From NCBI RefSeq assembly GCF_009914755.1, contig NC_060930.1: 64,000 bases of DNA; one strand, 5' to 3'. Made by a program: the position numbers and the translations under genes. The notes beneath the pieces were generated by a model, which was not told the DNA's origin, did no database searches, and saw only the letters and a list, made by a program, of their open reading frames with translations. Below, in pieces: positions 1-15,945 of this stretch (position 1 is its first letter; each line of letters opens with the position of its first letter). Origin of the DNA: the human T2T-CHM13v2.0 reference genome, Homo sapiens.

Positions 1-1347
1 TATTGTATAGCTTATATTCCAAATATTGGAGGAAAGAGAGGGAGTTTGGAAAGAAGTTTTAGTTTAGAGAGCTCTTAAAGTACTCTTGGCTCATCATTCT
101 TTAAATTCCAAAAATGACTAATTTGTGGGGATACATAATTAAGGAAGAAAAGGTTTTGTGAGGGAAAGGAGTAGCAGGGAGTGCTGAGAGCTTGGCGTAT
201 GTATTGGAAAATTGTGGTAACTTAACAGGTAATCAAGGATGTTGAGAGAGGTGCTTGTCATCATTTCAAAAGAGCGTAGAATATTTTATTTCATTTTGTC
301 TACTGTGGATCGGTTCTCCTCTCATTTACTTCTTTTCACATTTCATATTTGGGAGGGCTTTGGGCTCTATCTTCTATTTCCTTCTATTAAAAAAAGTTTT
401 ATAAGTTATTCCACTTGGCATTCGGAACACAATAATGTCATACTTCACTGAGGCATACTAATGCTCTGGAAAGAAAGAAAAAGAAGGAAAATTAATTTAG
501 AGGGAATGGAGGCTAAATTTTCCATGGTGAAGAAATTCTGACCTTTTCTGAGTTATCGTAAAAGACTGACATTGCTACCCTTTGGATGTTAAGAAAAAGT
601 CTTTCAGATACCTTGGCTTGTAAGGGACCTGGGAAGCGCCAGGGTCCATCAAAAATGTAAAGACATTTATTAGAACATGCATATCCGAAAGCTTTCTGAA
701 TTCTGTGGGGACCATCTAGCTTTTACATGATCTTGAGGGAACCAAAGTTGTACTGAGAAAACCCAGTTTCCTCTTAATTCCATCCTATGTGAAAACAACT
801 TAAGTCTCAACTGCACTAAGTTATGAAAATGGATCCTCTTTTTTTAACATTTGGTTTTTGGTTATTCATATTGTCTATATTCTGTTCTATAATTGTATCC
901 AAGTGTTAAAATATATTTTATAAATATACTGACACTGAAAAAGAAATCAAAAGCTGAGAAACGTTTGTGAATATGGCTGGAGAGTCTCAGTAAGATGGGG
1001 GACATCTCCTCAAATTGAAGATCTGGGAAGTAAGTAATAGAAACTTACAGACAGATTGAGGTGCAGTTTTTTTTCTACTTTTTTTTCCTGAAAATTTCAG
1101 AAATATGAGAAGTGAAATAATAGCAAACATGACTCAGACCTTTATAAATTGTCTTTCTTGACAGCAGAGATGTACAATTTTGTAAAATATTGTCCTCAGT
1201 CTTGAACTGCAGAAACTCCTTTCTCTGATACCTGCGGTCTTATTTAATTTTTACATCTTAACAGCAAGAGCATACCCGTGATTTGTTTTCACAAATGTTA
1301 GAAATACTGTGTAAGAATAGACTTATTTTTATATTGTAAACTTTTAC

Positions 1348-1672
<325 letters not shown>

Positions 1673-1837
1673 TAAACAACCAATAATATTTGGCATAATT
1701 TAGTATTTTGCCAGTGCTTCATTGCTTATGTGCAATGAGGCATTTAACAAAATAAATTGGACATATATATTTATAATTATTTTACCTATTCCGTCAGATA
1801 GTACATTTCTTAAGGAGTAAGGAAACTTGAAATATAA

Positions 1838-2172
<335 letters not shown>

Positions 2173-3169
2173 TCACAAAATATTTTTTCCTCAGAAGTGT
2201 GGCATTGAATGATGTATTGTTTTGTAGTGAGTACATTATCTCAGTGAACACACAATTTCTTTCAGATAGTCACCAGAGTAGTCATCAAAAGGAAAAGCAA
2301 TCTAAGTACCATTTAATGGGCTGCACTACACTAATATTCTATTTGATGAATTAACTGCATGTTTTTAGTTATCTGTTAGACTAGTTTTCATTCTTTTCCT
2401 TCCCTTCGGTATGATAAATTCTTTTAAAATGGTTTTATTCAATCCCAGGAAACTGAAAATACTTGAAAAAATAATATTTTGCAATTTGTCAGAAAATATT
2501 TCCTCACTACTTGACTGGTAATCTCAAGCATGATTAGTATAGTGTTTCCTATGAGCTAGAAGGTTTTTGGATTAGATGTGCAGGAATAGGCATTCTGCCT
2601 GCTTTTAAATGTCTAGCTGCACAGCTGAGCAAAAAAGCCCAACCTGGCAGTCAGAACAGGCTGCCCAGGGGAACTCCTATTGTTCAGCCCCATTCAGGCA
2701 AACTATAAGATCACGCATAGTGTCCGAGCCGGTGCTGGTGCCTAGTGAGAACATGGACAGTCCAGGCATGGGATGTGTGGATATGCTGCCTTCGCAGTGA
2801 TCAAGAATTCAGGATTTTAGAGCCCAGTAAATAGCTCATGAGAACTTGGGTTTAGAAAATCTGAACTGCTGGGCCACCCTGAAGTATCTTGAATTGAGGA
2901 GCTTGGGTGAAGAAGTCCTGGTATCAGTTGGGGGCCCTTCAGATGAGCTGCCACCTTGTGACTGTCCGTCAGGGTCATCTTTTGGCCATCCCTGGTTAGC
3001 GTTGCCATGTGGGTGACAACTAGGAGACTTTACTTGAATGTTCCCACAGATGCATGGCTGGGATGGCGTAAGTTCTTTTCTGTTTCTGGCAGCAATGGCT
3101 CAGGATTAGGGTTTATGAGGTTAAGATTAACGGAGACAATAGAAGAGAATCTTGACTTGATAATATGTT

Positions 3170-3690
3170 TTTTATTTTGTAAAAGCTTTGTTGCAATATA
3201 ATTCATATTCCAAGTAATGTACCCATTGAAATTGTGCATTTCAGTGGTATTTAGTGTATTTATAGAGCTGTACAACCATCACCACCCTGTAGCTATTATC
3301 TCCGCATCCCTACTTCTCCCTAGCTGCTGGAAACCTTGGGTCTACTTTCTGTTTGCCATTCTGAGTATTTCATATAAATAGAATCCTACAGTTTATAGTG
3401 CTTTAATGACTGTCTTTTTTCACTTAGGATCATGTGTTTAAGGTTTGTTCATGTTGTAGCTTTTGTGGTACTTTCCTTTCTCTTCATTGATAAATAATAT
3501 TCCACTGTGTGGATAGGCTACATTTTGTTTGTCCACTCATCAGTCGATGGGCATTTGGGTTGTTTCCATATTTTGGCTATTCCGAATAATGCTGCTATGA
3601 ACATTTATGTGCAAGTTTTTGTGTGGTTTTATTCCTCTTGAGTAGAACTGCTAGGCCTGTTAATATGTTTTTAGTCTTTTGTGTATATAT
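3170..3690 (-). mobile_element. Old L1M (L1MB-like) 3' fragment
   Basis: tgtacaaccatcacc ... tgggcatttgggttgtttcca ... gctgctatgaacatt, typical of an antisense L1M 3' end. Confidence 0.75.
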
Positions 3691-3763
3691 GGGAATATTG
3701 TCACCTAGTATGAAATGGTTTTTAAAGGCAATCAACAATCTAAAACCTCCAGTTATTTGTGTG

Positions 3764-4075
3764 TTTTTTTTTTTTTTTTTTTTTGGAGACATGAGACAGG
3801 GTTTTACTGTGTCACCCAGGCTAGAGTCCAAGTAGTATGATCTGGGCTCACTACAGCCTTGACCTCCTGGGCTCAAGCGATCCTCCCACCTCTGCCTACT
3901 AAGTAGCTGGGACCACAGGCACACACCACCACCTCTGGCTAATTTTCCTATTATTTGTAGATACAGGGTTTCGCCACATTACCAAGGCTGCTCTCCAACT
4001 CTGAGGCTTCAGTGATTTGCCCACCTTGGCCTCCCAAAGTGCTAGAATTAAGGGCGTGAGCCACCATGCCCAGCC
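3764..4075 (-). mobile_element. AluJ
   Basis: Poly-T and the J-type signature cagccttgacctcctgggctcaagcgatcctccc. Confidence 0.92.
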
Positions 4076-4129
4076 TGCAATGTCCTTTTCTGAATTCATA
4101 GACTTCTCAGTATTACTTAGCAGCTAGCC

Positions 4130-4441
<312 letters not shown>

Positions 4442-4774
4442 TAGGCCCCCCTGCTGCCTTTAAAAAAAATTTAATAATTCACATTATTGAAATATTTAAA
4501 CCTAGTCATTCTTTCCTTTGGCTGTGACTTCTTAGAAAATTATTATTTTTTTTAAATATATGAATGTGGTGACTTTTGACACTGTATTTGGGTGTTTATT
4601 TATAATTTATATGTATGAATTTTAAGTACCCTAGAATTGAGTGTAATAGTGATAGTATTTTTAAAAGTGGAAATTTTTAAGGTATAGTATGTTGCAAATT
4701 TTTAATAAAAGTTTCTACTCCATCGAAGTGTAAGCCGTCATGATTTGTTTCATACTTTCTTATGCTTGTAATTA

Positions 4775-5156
4775 GAGAAAATGTGGCACATATACACCAT
4801 GGAGTACTATGCAGCCATAAAAAATGAGTTCACGTCCCTTGCAAGGACATAGATGAAGCTGGAAACCATCATTCTCAGCAAACTCACACAGGAACAGAAA
4901 ACCAAACCCTGCATGTTCTCACTCATAAGTGGGAGTTGAACAATGAGAACACATGGACACAGGGAGAGGAACATCACACACTGGGGCCTGTCAGGGGGTG
5001 GGGGGCTAGGGGAGGGAGAGCATTAGGAGAAATACCTACTAATGTAGATGATGGGTTGATAGGCTCAGCAAACCGCCATGACATGTGTATACCTATGTAA
5101 CAATCCTGCACGTTCTGCACATGTATCCCAGGACTTAAAGTATAATAAAAAAAAAA
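4775..5156 (+). mobile_element. L1PA (about PA7-8) 3' end, 5'-truncated
   Basis: aaaatgtggcacatatacaccatgga ... gggagttgaacaatgagaacacatggacacaggg ... ttaaagtataataaaaaaaa. Confidence 0.92.
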
Positions 5157-5562
5157 TAGTTTTAAGCTGGTTTCTCTAAGAAAGTTTTCCTTTGATAATG
5201 AAGATAACAAAGAAGATAGATTTTAGCAGCAGAAGTATTCTTTTCCTCATATTTCCAGACATTTTAATACATATTTGCAGACATTGTAATAGTCATCTTT
5301 ATAGCTCACTCCAGTGCTATACATTGGGATTATAGTTGCTTGCAGTATAGCATTTACATCTTCCTTATTCTTTTTTCTTCGTTCATTCTCTCTTTCTTGA
5401 ACTCTCATTCTCTCTCTCACTGGTCTTGTGAAAGAACATGATTGGATTTCTGCTTTGAGCTATCTTTAAGTTTGATTACAAACTGTAACAGAGTAGCCTT
5501 GAGGTTTTTTTTATTGGTAACTATTTTGTGATGAGGTGGTTGAAATCGTGCTTCTTTCTTGA

Positions 5563-5872
5563 TTTTTGTTTGTTTGTTTGTTTGTTTTTTGAGACGGAGT
5601 CTTCATTGACACCCAGCCTGAAGTGCAGTGATGTGATCTTGGCTCACTGCAACCTCTGCTGCCTGGGCTCAGGAAATCCTCCTGCCTCATTCTCCCAAGT
5701 AGCTGGGACCACAGGTGCATGCCACCACACCCGGCTAGTTTTTTGTATTTTTGGTAGAGACAGGGTCTTGCCATGTGGCCCAGGCTGCTCCCAAACTCCT
5801 GAGCTCAAGCAATCTAACTGCCTCGTCCCTCCAAAGTGCTGGGATTACAGGCGTGAGCCACTGCGCCCAGCC
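5563..5872 (-). mobile_element. AluJ with (TTTG)n tail
   Basis: Antisense dimer; imperfect TSD gtgcttct..ttgattt. Confidence 0.92.
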
Positions 5873-7423
5873 AAGTGCTTCTTGATTTCTATCATATTGT
5901 GATGTTCAGAATCTAATGTAGTTATGTGGCCCTTACGTTACTCTGCCCTGTACTATCTTCTTTATTATTTTACATTCATTTATATTATACTTCTAAATTA
6001 TAAAATAAAATTATAGTTTAATATAAACTATATATAAATCTAATATAGATTTTTACACTATGAAATAATGCACGTTTCTTGAAAGAGCAACTATAGTAGT
6101 AGATACATGTTATAACGTGCAATGTCTCCTGCCCTGGGATTCTTCCTAAGTACCACACCCAGAATAACCACTGTGTCTTATACAGCTTTCCAGAAAATTT
6201 TATGTATTTTTATACAAGCACTTGTATTCACATACACGTTGTTTAAAAAAAAAAAAAGAAATGGTGTTTTTCTGTACGTGGCATATGTTTCAACATCTTG
6301 CCTTTTCCCCTCCACCCTAATGGACATTGGGTAATGATGTAACTAATTTCTGCTTTTCTGTTAGCTTTGGCAGCCAGGGAGCTCCAGGCTCATTTACACT
6401 TGCTGGGAGCCCTGTGCTCAATTATAATTGCCTACGATAGCCTCCACTTTCTGATTTAATGTTCTTCTTTTTCTGAATTTTTAAAAAAATCTTTTTAAAA
6501 AGTTTTATTATGGCTTCTTTACGTGAGCCTTTTAAACAACTTGAGTGAATAGGAGGATTCAGGAATTATGGCTCATAGAAGAGACATATTTAACCTTATG
6601 CATCAGACATTGTTAGACACTACGCTGTATTTGTATAGCTTCAGTGTTTGGTAGCTCTAGATATCAAGATAGTATTTAGGAAATTTTCTTTTCCAACATG
6701 TTAGTTAGTTCTGAAATACCCCAAATGGTTAATGTAGTTTATAAACTCCGAAAAGCTTTTTATCTAATGAGAGCACTGTTTTAAAAAAACCACTAATGAT
6801 TTTCTAGTTGAAACATTTGAAACAATTTTGAAGTACAGGGGACTTTTCTTTAAAACAGTGCTCATTATACTCGGAAGATAAGCTCTTGAGCATCTGTCAT
6901 CCTTGTTGATGTATTCATACTGTTTTTATTCTTTGAAATGTATTTAAATAGAAAAAATAGTTCATGTTTTTTGTCATTCTTTCAGACTGCAGTGTTTTGT
7001 TTTGAATGTGGTGAAATTGGTTTTATTACTCTTGGGACTGCTTATCTCTAGGGCCTGGATGCTTCCTTTAAATAGGGATTCACAGGTAGTAAATCATTAG
7101 AATTTTTGTTTAACAGTGAAAGAAGTCACTTAACATAGGTCTGTCATAGTTCTGTCTTTGTCACTGTATGTAGAATTTCATAGTAATACAACATCCATTT
7201 TCTTAGCAAAAAGTTAGGTCTAGGGTATATCTGTTTGGAAAATTACATCAGAATTGATTTTCAATTAATCAAAGTTACTAAATAGTGCTCTGAGTTACCA
7301 GTGGTATTTAAAATTAATTTTGGAAGTTGCACACATACTTTATGTGTATTTTCTTTTTCTTGTATGAGAGAATGATATATATTAAATTGTAGTTATTGCT
7401 TATAATCCTTTTAGAAGGCAATG

Positions 7424-7708
7424 GGGCTACTCAAGGAGGCTGAGGTGGGAGGATCGCTTGAGGCCAGGAATTCAAGACCAGCATGAGCAACATAACGAGA
7501 CCCCGATCTCTAAGAAATTTTTTAAAAAAAGTTAGTCAGGAATGGCTCATGCCTGTAGTCCTAGCTACCTGGGTGGCTGAGGTGGGAGGATTGCCCAGGA
7601 CTTCAAGGCTGCAGTGAACTATGATCTTGCCACTGCACTCCAGCCTAAGGGACAGAATGAGACTTTGTTTCTAAAAAATAAAATAAAATAATAAAAATAA
7701 AAGAAAAG
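7424..7708 (+). mobile_element. AluJ, 5'-truncated
   Basis: ggaggatcgcttgaggccagga ... A-rich tail; TSD gaaggcaatg on both sides. Confidence 0.9.
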
Positions 7709-7729
7709 GAAGGCAATGATGTTCTGCAT

Positions 7730-8270
7730 CAGTGACAACAGCATGGGCATTGCCAAGATCTTTGATGACCTTACTGCTTACCTCTCCCCAGATTTTACAT
7801 AATTTTATCTTCCTGTCCCATTGTACACTGACAATACTCTCCTTCAAGTGTCCTCACCTCTTGATTTGTCATATACTCTTAATTTTATTGCTACATTTGG
7901 CCATTTTTTTCACTTTTTTTCTTTGTTCACTTTCCTTTGCTCCATACTTAACTAATTTTCCAGATTTCTGTCCTTAAATCTCTTTCATTTTCACTGGATA
8001 TACTCTTCCCAGGCTTCCCAGGCTTCTGTAACAATCTATTTGCTTTGTCTCCATCCCATAACTCTCCCTGAGCTCTAAATTATTATATGCAACTGCTCAC
8101 TGGACATACAAGTTCGTGATTCAACAGACCCTTTAAAACTCAAATCTGTTTCCCTTAGTATATTCCCTTGTTTGTTAATCTTGCTCAGTTACCCAAGCCA
8201 GAAATTTAGGTATCATTCTTGAATACATTGTTTCTCTTCCTTTCCACACCCGATCAATCAAATACACAGT
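7730..8270 (+). mobile_element. L2 fragment
   Basis: Pyrimidine-rich, with L2-like motifs ctctccctgagctcta and cagttacccaagccagaaatttagg. Confidence 0.55.
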
Positions 8271-8649
8271 CTTATTGCTTCTTACTTTTTTTTTTTCTTA
8301 TCTTATTGCTTTTATTTTCAGTATTTTTTTGAATCATGAAGCTGTATAAACAGACAAGGTGATCTGTGTTGTGTTAGGGCTGTCTGTGCCATGTTGCTGT
8401 GGGAGTTTCTATATGGAAGAGGGGCATTAACAAAGCTTTGAAATGCCAAAGCAGACTTTCCAGGGAAGAGCGTCTGCAGATAATTCTGAAGAATGTGTTG
8501 ATAGTATCTTGGCCACAGGGCCATGAGGCATTATCAGGGGCAGGAGAGAGGGAGGCTATTCCCAGGAAAGGCTCCAGCATGTGCCAGAGATGATGCAGAC
8601 AACATTAAGATTTGAAAAAATGGCCCAGTGAACAAAGTGTTTTTGGTTT

Positions 8650-8700
8650 TGAGAGAGAGAGAGATTGAGAGACAGATTGAGAGACAGAGAGAGAGAGAGA
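8650..8700. repeat. (GA)n/GACA compound microsatellite
   Basis: gagagagagagagattgagagacagattgagagacagagagagagagaga. Confidence 0.9.
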
Positions 8701-9662
8701 AACCAAGGGATCATGATAGTTATAGTCAAATAGAGGAAGGATTATCTTTTGAAAATGTGTTGGTTCTGTGATACAAGAGGAAGCTAAGACATATCGTGGA
8801 AACATCTCCCCCCTCCACCTTAATATCAAGAACAAATTGTGGAATCTAATGTTAATGAGAAGTAGTTCCCCACTGTGTCAGATGCGCAAAGAGAAATTGG
8901 AATATACTTATCAAGTATATTATAGATGGAATTGAATTATTGTAAAGAGTAGATTAGAGAGGACCGCCAAAGTCCAGTCCCAAACATGATACATTAAGTG
9001 TATCCCTTAGTATAATACCAAGGAACCCCAAAAGCTTTACAGTGTCTAAACTCTATTTTACGTCTTCCTAAACTGATATCGTACATTCAATTTATATATT
9101 TCTGTACTAAGATCATGAATTTAGAGTTTATTGAGAAATTGCCAGAAAAAAATGTGTTAAGTTTTTATCCCTTAAAGAGTATCTCATAACTTACAGATTT
9201 GAGCAGGGAGGTATATAATCAGGAGTACAGTTTATGTTTGTTTATTCAAAGCTCTGATCTCATGAAAATTGCTATATAAATGCTTGTTTTAACAACTGTT
9301 ATTATTAGGGGTTTGTATGAAAGTCTGCCAACTTGGTCCCAATATTTATATTATAAATTAAAATGTTTTGAAAAGAACTGCTTCTCAACTGTGATCCTCA
9401 TTGTTTTTGAAACCTAAAATATACTAATTTTTAATTTTTGCAGTTGAAATAGTTTTTAATGCCAGCAGTCTTTTGGTTATCAGTTTCATTTGAAGACCAG
9501 AAGTTCCTGAACAAAGAATATTTATTTCAGATTAATAAGTAAATAAAGTGAAATAAAAGATTTTTTTCCTTTGAAATTGAGGAAGATCAGTTATTAGTAG
9601 TACAAACTGTGCACTAGATTGTATCTTAGGGTTCCTAACTCATTCTTACCAATGATAATAAC

Positions 9663-10253
9663 TCTGAACCCAAGAATATCTGAGACAGTTCTCAATTAAT
9701 TTAAAAAGTTTATTTTGCCAGGGTTAAGGATGCACCTATGACACAGCCTCAGGAGGTCCTGAGGACATGTACCCAAGGTAGTTGGGGTACAGCCTGCTTT
9801 TATACATTTTAGGGAGACATAATACATCAATCAATACATTTAAGATTTACATTGGTTCGATCTGGAAGGGTGGGACAACTCAAAATGGAGGGACGGGTGC
9901 TTCCAGGTCATAGGTAGATTTGAAAATTTTCTGATTGCCTATTGGTTGAAAGAATTATTCAATGTAGAAAAGAATGTCTGGGTTACAATAAGGGGTTGTG
10001 AAGACTAAAGTTTTATCCTGCTGGGGAAGCCTCCAAGTAGCAGGCTTCAGAGAGAACAGATTACAGATGTTTCATATCAGACTTAAAGTCTGTGTTGATG
10101 TTAATGCTGGAGGGGTGTAATGAGGCATGTTGACCCCCTCTTCCATCTTGGCCTGAACTAGTTTTTCAGGTTAACTCTGGAACGCCCTTGGCCAAGAGGA
10201 TTGGTCCATTCAGATGGTTAGGGGGGCATGTAGAGTTTTATTTTGGGTTTACA
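9663..10253 (-). mobile_element. MER4 (MER4A/B-type, ERV1) solo LTR
   Basis: gacacagcctcaggaggtcctga ... ttttatacattttagggagacat. Reverse complement starts TGTAAACCCAAAATAAAA. 4-bp TSD taac. Confidence 0.88.
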
Positions 10254-12125
10254 TAACCCATTATGGAAATGATTCCTTGGCCCTAAGGTAATTATAGATT
10301 CTGGATGCCATGCTTATATTAAGTAGATACCAAAATGCTACTTTTAGAGTTTGAGTTTCTCTTACGTTTTTAGAAATTCAATTGAGTAGAACTCGTTATT
10401 AAGGAAAAAATACTCAAGACCCGAATAATATTGCCATGAATAAAGCGGTTGATTAGTGATTGGTTGACTTTATGCTTTTCAGTTCACAGAAATATTGCTG
10501 AGGAATCTTGACACAGGCAATGCAAGTGTTTACATGAATATGAAATTAGCAACTATATTTAGCTATAATTAAAATCTAGTAAGGTATGTAAAACCTGTTT
10601 GTCTTTGACTAGAACTTATTCCAAGTTAATGAGATCTCAAACAAGGCATAGAGTGTATGTCCCTTTTTGAAAAGATGATGATATTTTCTTAATTACTGTC
10701 TGTGTTTGGGCTGGCCAATTTTGACCCAGTTAAAAAGCTGCAAAAGCGTGGTCTGAACTTCTCTTTTTATTATGGCTAATTTTCCTTTAATTTAGACTAC
10801 TTATACAAATACCCAGTATTATGAGCCAGCAAAATTAACAGGTGTGGATTTAATATGTAGTGTGGGTCCACAGAGATTATATTCGTTGTATAAAGCCTAA
10901 TTTTTTGTCTTAGTTGTCCTTGTCATGTTTAGATCTTATTTCAAGCCATTTCTTTTTCATTTTCTGATAATCTGATTTCATTGTCACCTTAATATCTTCT
11001 TTTTTTGTGTTTGCAATCTTTTGTTTTTCTAACTCTAATCCCAAGAGGCAAAAGTAATACATTTTGAGGGATTTTTGAGAAGTTTTGTGCTTGCCTTCCC
11101 CTTGTTCAGATAAGTTGTGCTGCAAATGGCTCCATTCCTCCTGTTTTGTACTAGTGACAGGAAAGTTCGTCTAGAGATAAAATGTCACAAATCTGTCCAC
11201 CTCCTCTACTCTCTCAGGGGACTCTACAACGTCACGTTTTCTTAACTATTTAATTTGTAATGCCTTCTTTATTTTGGGGAAATTACAAAATAGTGACACA
11301 GTCTCCCCAGCCCAAGAAGGAGGAGATTTTTTTTCCCCAGTAGGGCGGTTGTTTTATTTTGACTATATAGTCTTCCCTAGAATTGGGGGAATAAATATTG
11401 GTATGGTTTTTTAATATTGATTTCCCTGGGTAGATTATATTTCTGACTGTAAAATATATTATTGGATGTGCTTCTCAAATAGATTTTACATAATCAGAGA
11501 AATTTTGACCATGAGCCTAATTTAATACTTTTTTGCTCCTTCTGAGTTTACATAAACTTTTTATTTTTCCATGGAGTTTATCAGAATCCCAAATCCTCTG
11601 CTTCAGTCTTCCTTTCATCCTGATCTTCAGGATATTTTTCCTGGAGTTATTATTGTTATTTTATAGTATCTATATAGCTACTATTTTATAGTAGTATCTA
11701 CTATTTTATAATAGATTGTCCTGGAAAACCTACCGGTGCATGAGAGAAAAGTTCAAGGCTAAACTTAAAGGTACTGGGTAGTCAACAGCTCATGTCTCTA
11801 TCAGAAAATGATGGAGACTAGAAAGTAACATACATGAGTGGTTATCATTTTAAAACTAGAGAAAGAGTCATGGAAGTTGGTAGGGGGGACTTTAAAGGTG
11901 AAAGTTTAGATTATGGTCTATCAGAGAGGAATGGAAAATAATGTATTTTAAGGAGACTGTAAGTATCCAAAGTATAAGTTAAGGTTTAAAATATTACATT
12001 TGAGTAAAACAAGAAGAAAAGAGTTTAACGTTTTCCTGTAAGAGAGTAGGTTGTATTGGATAGTCATGTTGTTCAGATTTTTATTTATTTTGTAAATAGT
12101 TTTGTTTTGTTAAAAATTTGTGTTA

Positions 12126-12423
<298 letters not shown>

Positions 12424-13358
12424 TTTGTTAATTTTGCTGAGGTGGTCCTGAGACTGGATCAAAAATTGCAGCACTATATTCTTCTAGAAACATGCACACG
12501 TTTTTTAAAATTGCTTTACCTGCACAATTGAGTTCATGATATTTCTGTCGTGTCGCATTTGTAATGTAGTTAATTATTTTCATCATCTTCCTGAAAAAGG
12601 CAAAATCGATGGGAAATTTTTCTTCTTAATATTGAGTCACGTATGACTAATTTATATTTACTTTTGCAAAGCAGGGAAATATGTGAATAAGAGGCATGAA
12701 TCCACAATTGCTGAAGCAAATCAATACATGTGAAGGAAAAGCAAAACCCTATGTAGGCCTATGTAGAAACCTTATGCACAGAACTAAATGCTTGTTAAGT
12801 AAAAATTCCTAATCCTTATCCTCTTATGCCATTTTAAATTAACTCTAAAATTAGTATTGGAAAAATCTCCCTGATTTGTTCAAATGGCTGATGCTTACAT
12901 GTCATTTTGGATCCAGAGATGCAAAATATAAGAGCTTCATACATAGGTTCAATACTTTTCTAAACTGAATTGGGTTTTTGAATAAAATACCAGGGTATTC
13001 CAAATGAATGATTTTTATCTGACTCATTAAGAAGTGAAAATAAATATTTTATTATACATGTAATATGATTTAGTTTTACAAACTGTTAATATCATAATAA
13101 TCTCAAGAAGTTCTAAAAATGGAGATAATTATGACAGCCATAAAATATAAAGTATATGGAATTATATATTTGGCTATATATTAGTCATATATTTTTAGGG
13201 CCTACTTTATATTTTTTTCCCTGGCAGTGTTTTAGTTACATTTTTCCACAGTGTTTTTCTAAAAAGAAATTGTATCATTTTGTAATTCTTAGTTTGTCAG
13301 AGAAACCAACTTTATCTCAACTTCATTAAAGAGTAATAATAAATTTGAATTTAGTTGA

Positions 13359-13780
13359 TGTAAGAGTTGCCAGTACCAAAATGGAGTGGTTTATGCCAAG
13401 CAGTAATAAAATGGAGCCAGGAGGCCATGAAGTAAGGGAGCACACACATGTATGCCTATGATGGAACTTTTCCCAAGAAATTCCTCAGAACCATAGTATT
13501 CCAGATAAGCTGCTTGCACAAGGAAGTTTGCCTAACAAGAGCTGCCTTCATCAATGAGCTAATGTGGATTCCTGTAACAAGCTCCTGGAACCAGTGGTCT
13601 TTGTTTCAAAACAGTTCATGTGGACTTTTTTTCTTTCAAAAGCTTCCCCTTGCTTCAGCCTCTTTGCATGCACCTGTGGTGGGCCATAGCAAGCATAACC
13701 CGAATTGCAATTTCTTGCTATTCTCAATAAACTCTTTGTTGTGGAGAGTTGGTCCCTCTATTGTTTATTTTAGGTTGAGA
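13359..13780 (+). mobile_element. ERV1 solo LTR (MER67/MER34-like)
   Basis: Starts TGTAAGAGTT, contains accaaaatggagt and AATAAA near 13726, ends ttaggttgaga. Confidence 0.7.
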
Positions 13781-15945
13781 TTAGCATAGAATTTTGTAAA
13801 GTCCTGGAGGTATATCCATGCCAGGGATTAAATTGGATTCTATTCCCAAGTAATTTTTGTTCTTAAGGACACTCTAAGGAATTATTTGTGTCTGCTTTAA
13901 TTATTAAAAATAATTTTGTTTATTCAGTTCAATAGAATTGTATCTTTTAAAATACTTATAGTCCTTAGATACTGTTTTGTTATAAAGTATTTTGTTTTGA
14001 AGATGTCTTTAAATTCACTGGCTTCAAAGATAACTTCTGCATTATTCCTTGGGCTTTCCTCTTAGTTCAATTTAGAAGGAACAGAGAAAACACAAACATT
14101 TAGGTAAATAATGGAAATAGGATTCACGTCATAAAACGATACTTTGCAAAATTGACAAGGTGGCAAACATACAGGTGATGTTAGTTTTTTGATTAATAAC
14201 AAGAGACAGAATCTGAAGGGTTAGAGGAAATGCATAAGAATCTGAAAAAATAAAAGGATCTGGAGAAGACACCCTTAAAGGTGATGATCAAGAAGTCTGT
14301 GTTGTATAACGGGGCTGTTGGGGCTCAAGGAGAACAAATTTTAAAAGTGGCAGGAGGTATGGAGAAAGCTGTGTTGGTGATGTGAGTATTATGGGCTTCT
14401 CAAAGCATGGTTCTGACTCTGGCAAAAAGTGGGAGGTCAGAGCAGAGTTGGCTGCTTGTAATGGGAGTGGGGGAGAAAGCAACTCTTTAAAAAAATTTAT
14501 GTCAAAATGGTATTCAGTGGTCCATCACATTGAATCAACACACCTTTATTGAAAACATATTATTTAGCACACACTCTAGGGGTTCATTTCTCTTATTCTC
14601 TGAACTTGAAATCCTTTTCTTGTTGATCTTTCATATGGGTCACTAAACAGATTCTATTTTACCTGATTAAATAAATGGTAACAAGGCCTAGGTCTACTCC
14701 TTCGATTTTACTGTATACTTACTTAACAGTTCACTTTGTCAGACTTCTACCCCCTCTACAAGATTAAGAAAATTAGTGGTTACAGTGTCATGCAATTCTA
14801 TTCGGCTTCAAAAGTTATTGAGGCATGTTTTTCCACCTTTTTAACCTTCATTTATTTAGTAGAAGCATTCCCTTAAGTGTATGATGAGTCAACACTGGTT
14901 TTGCCTGACTCCAGTAAAGTCAAAGCATTATTTAATTTAAAATGTGTGCATGTTAAGTTCCTTTCTTTGCATTTAATTGGAGACTTTTTTCCACAGTTAG
15001 CTCACCAAAATGTTACTAGGTTCCTCTGTGGCTGTCTACTATTTGAACAGACAAGCAACTAATTAGAATAACAGAACAACATGACTGTCATTCCTCCATT
15101 CTTACAGGTTATTTTTAAAAAGAGATTTTGTTTAAAAAGAGAAAATATGTATTATATTAAGGAAATATAAGATCCATACTCTCCTTGAGGCATTTTTTCA
15201 CTTCACCATGCCAACATTCCTTTATTCCCTATCATAATACCGATCAAGAAATGGGAGGTTTTCCTAAGTCAAGAAAACCTCTCACACATAAAAATTCAAA
15301 CTGGGAAAGCAAATGTATCAGGGGGCGGCTTTTAATTTGACAAAAGATCTGCTACATTACAAAAGAATTTTTCTAAAGATTACTTTATGTAGACAACTCC
15401 CTCAGTGTACCGAAAATCAAAGAATGTTCTACATTTTAAACACATTTTAAAATGGGCACACCTGTTCCTAATATTCTTATGTAAATGGACCTATTTACAT
15501 GTGAGACCCAATGTGGTGGGTAAATGAAAACCAGTGTGTGAGTTACTCAAGTTTGTTAATGATGTTAGAAATATAGTCAAAATAGCTCAGTCTGCTCTTG
15601 CTATGCTATTTTGTCCAGCCAATCTCTCATCCTCCCTTCATCCTAATTCCAGAAGAGAGGATAGGAGTAAAAACAAAATCTTATTACAAAAAACACACTC
15701 TGGAAAGAAAGAAAACTGTATTGGATAATACTCAGTTTGGTATTTGTTTTCTCCTGTCTAGTTCTTAGTACCCTTAGAATTGAGATAATTCATTATTTGT
15801 CACTCAGGTAGGTTTCGAGTGAACTGATATATTTAATTAGATCCTTAAAGCCCATAGGATTTATACTGGTCATTTCTGTCAATTGTGAATCTGCTCATAC
15901 TTGTTCTTCATGAAACTATGGAATAATTTTTCATGTATTTTCATG

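Noticed and set aside
3001-3020. Second RFX-like site GTTGCCATG...GACAAC
   Set aside because: Half-site spacing does not fit the X-box consensus.
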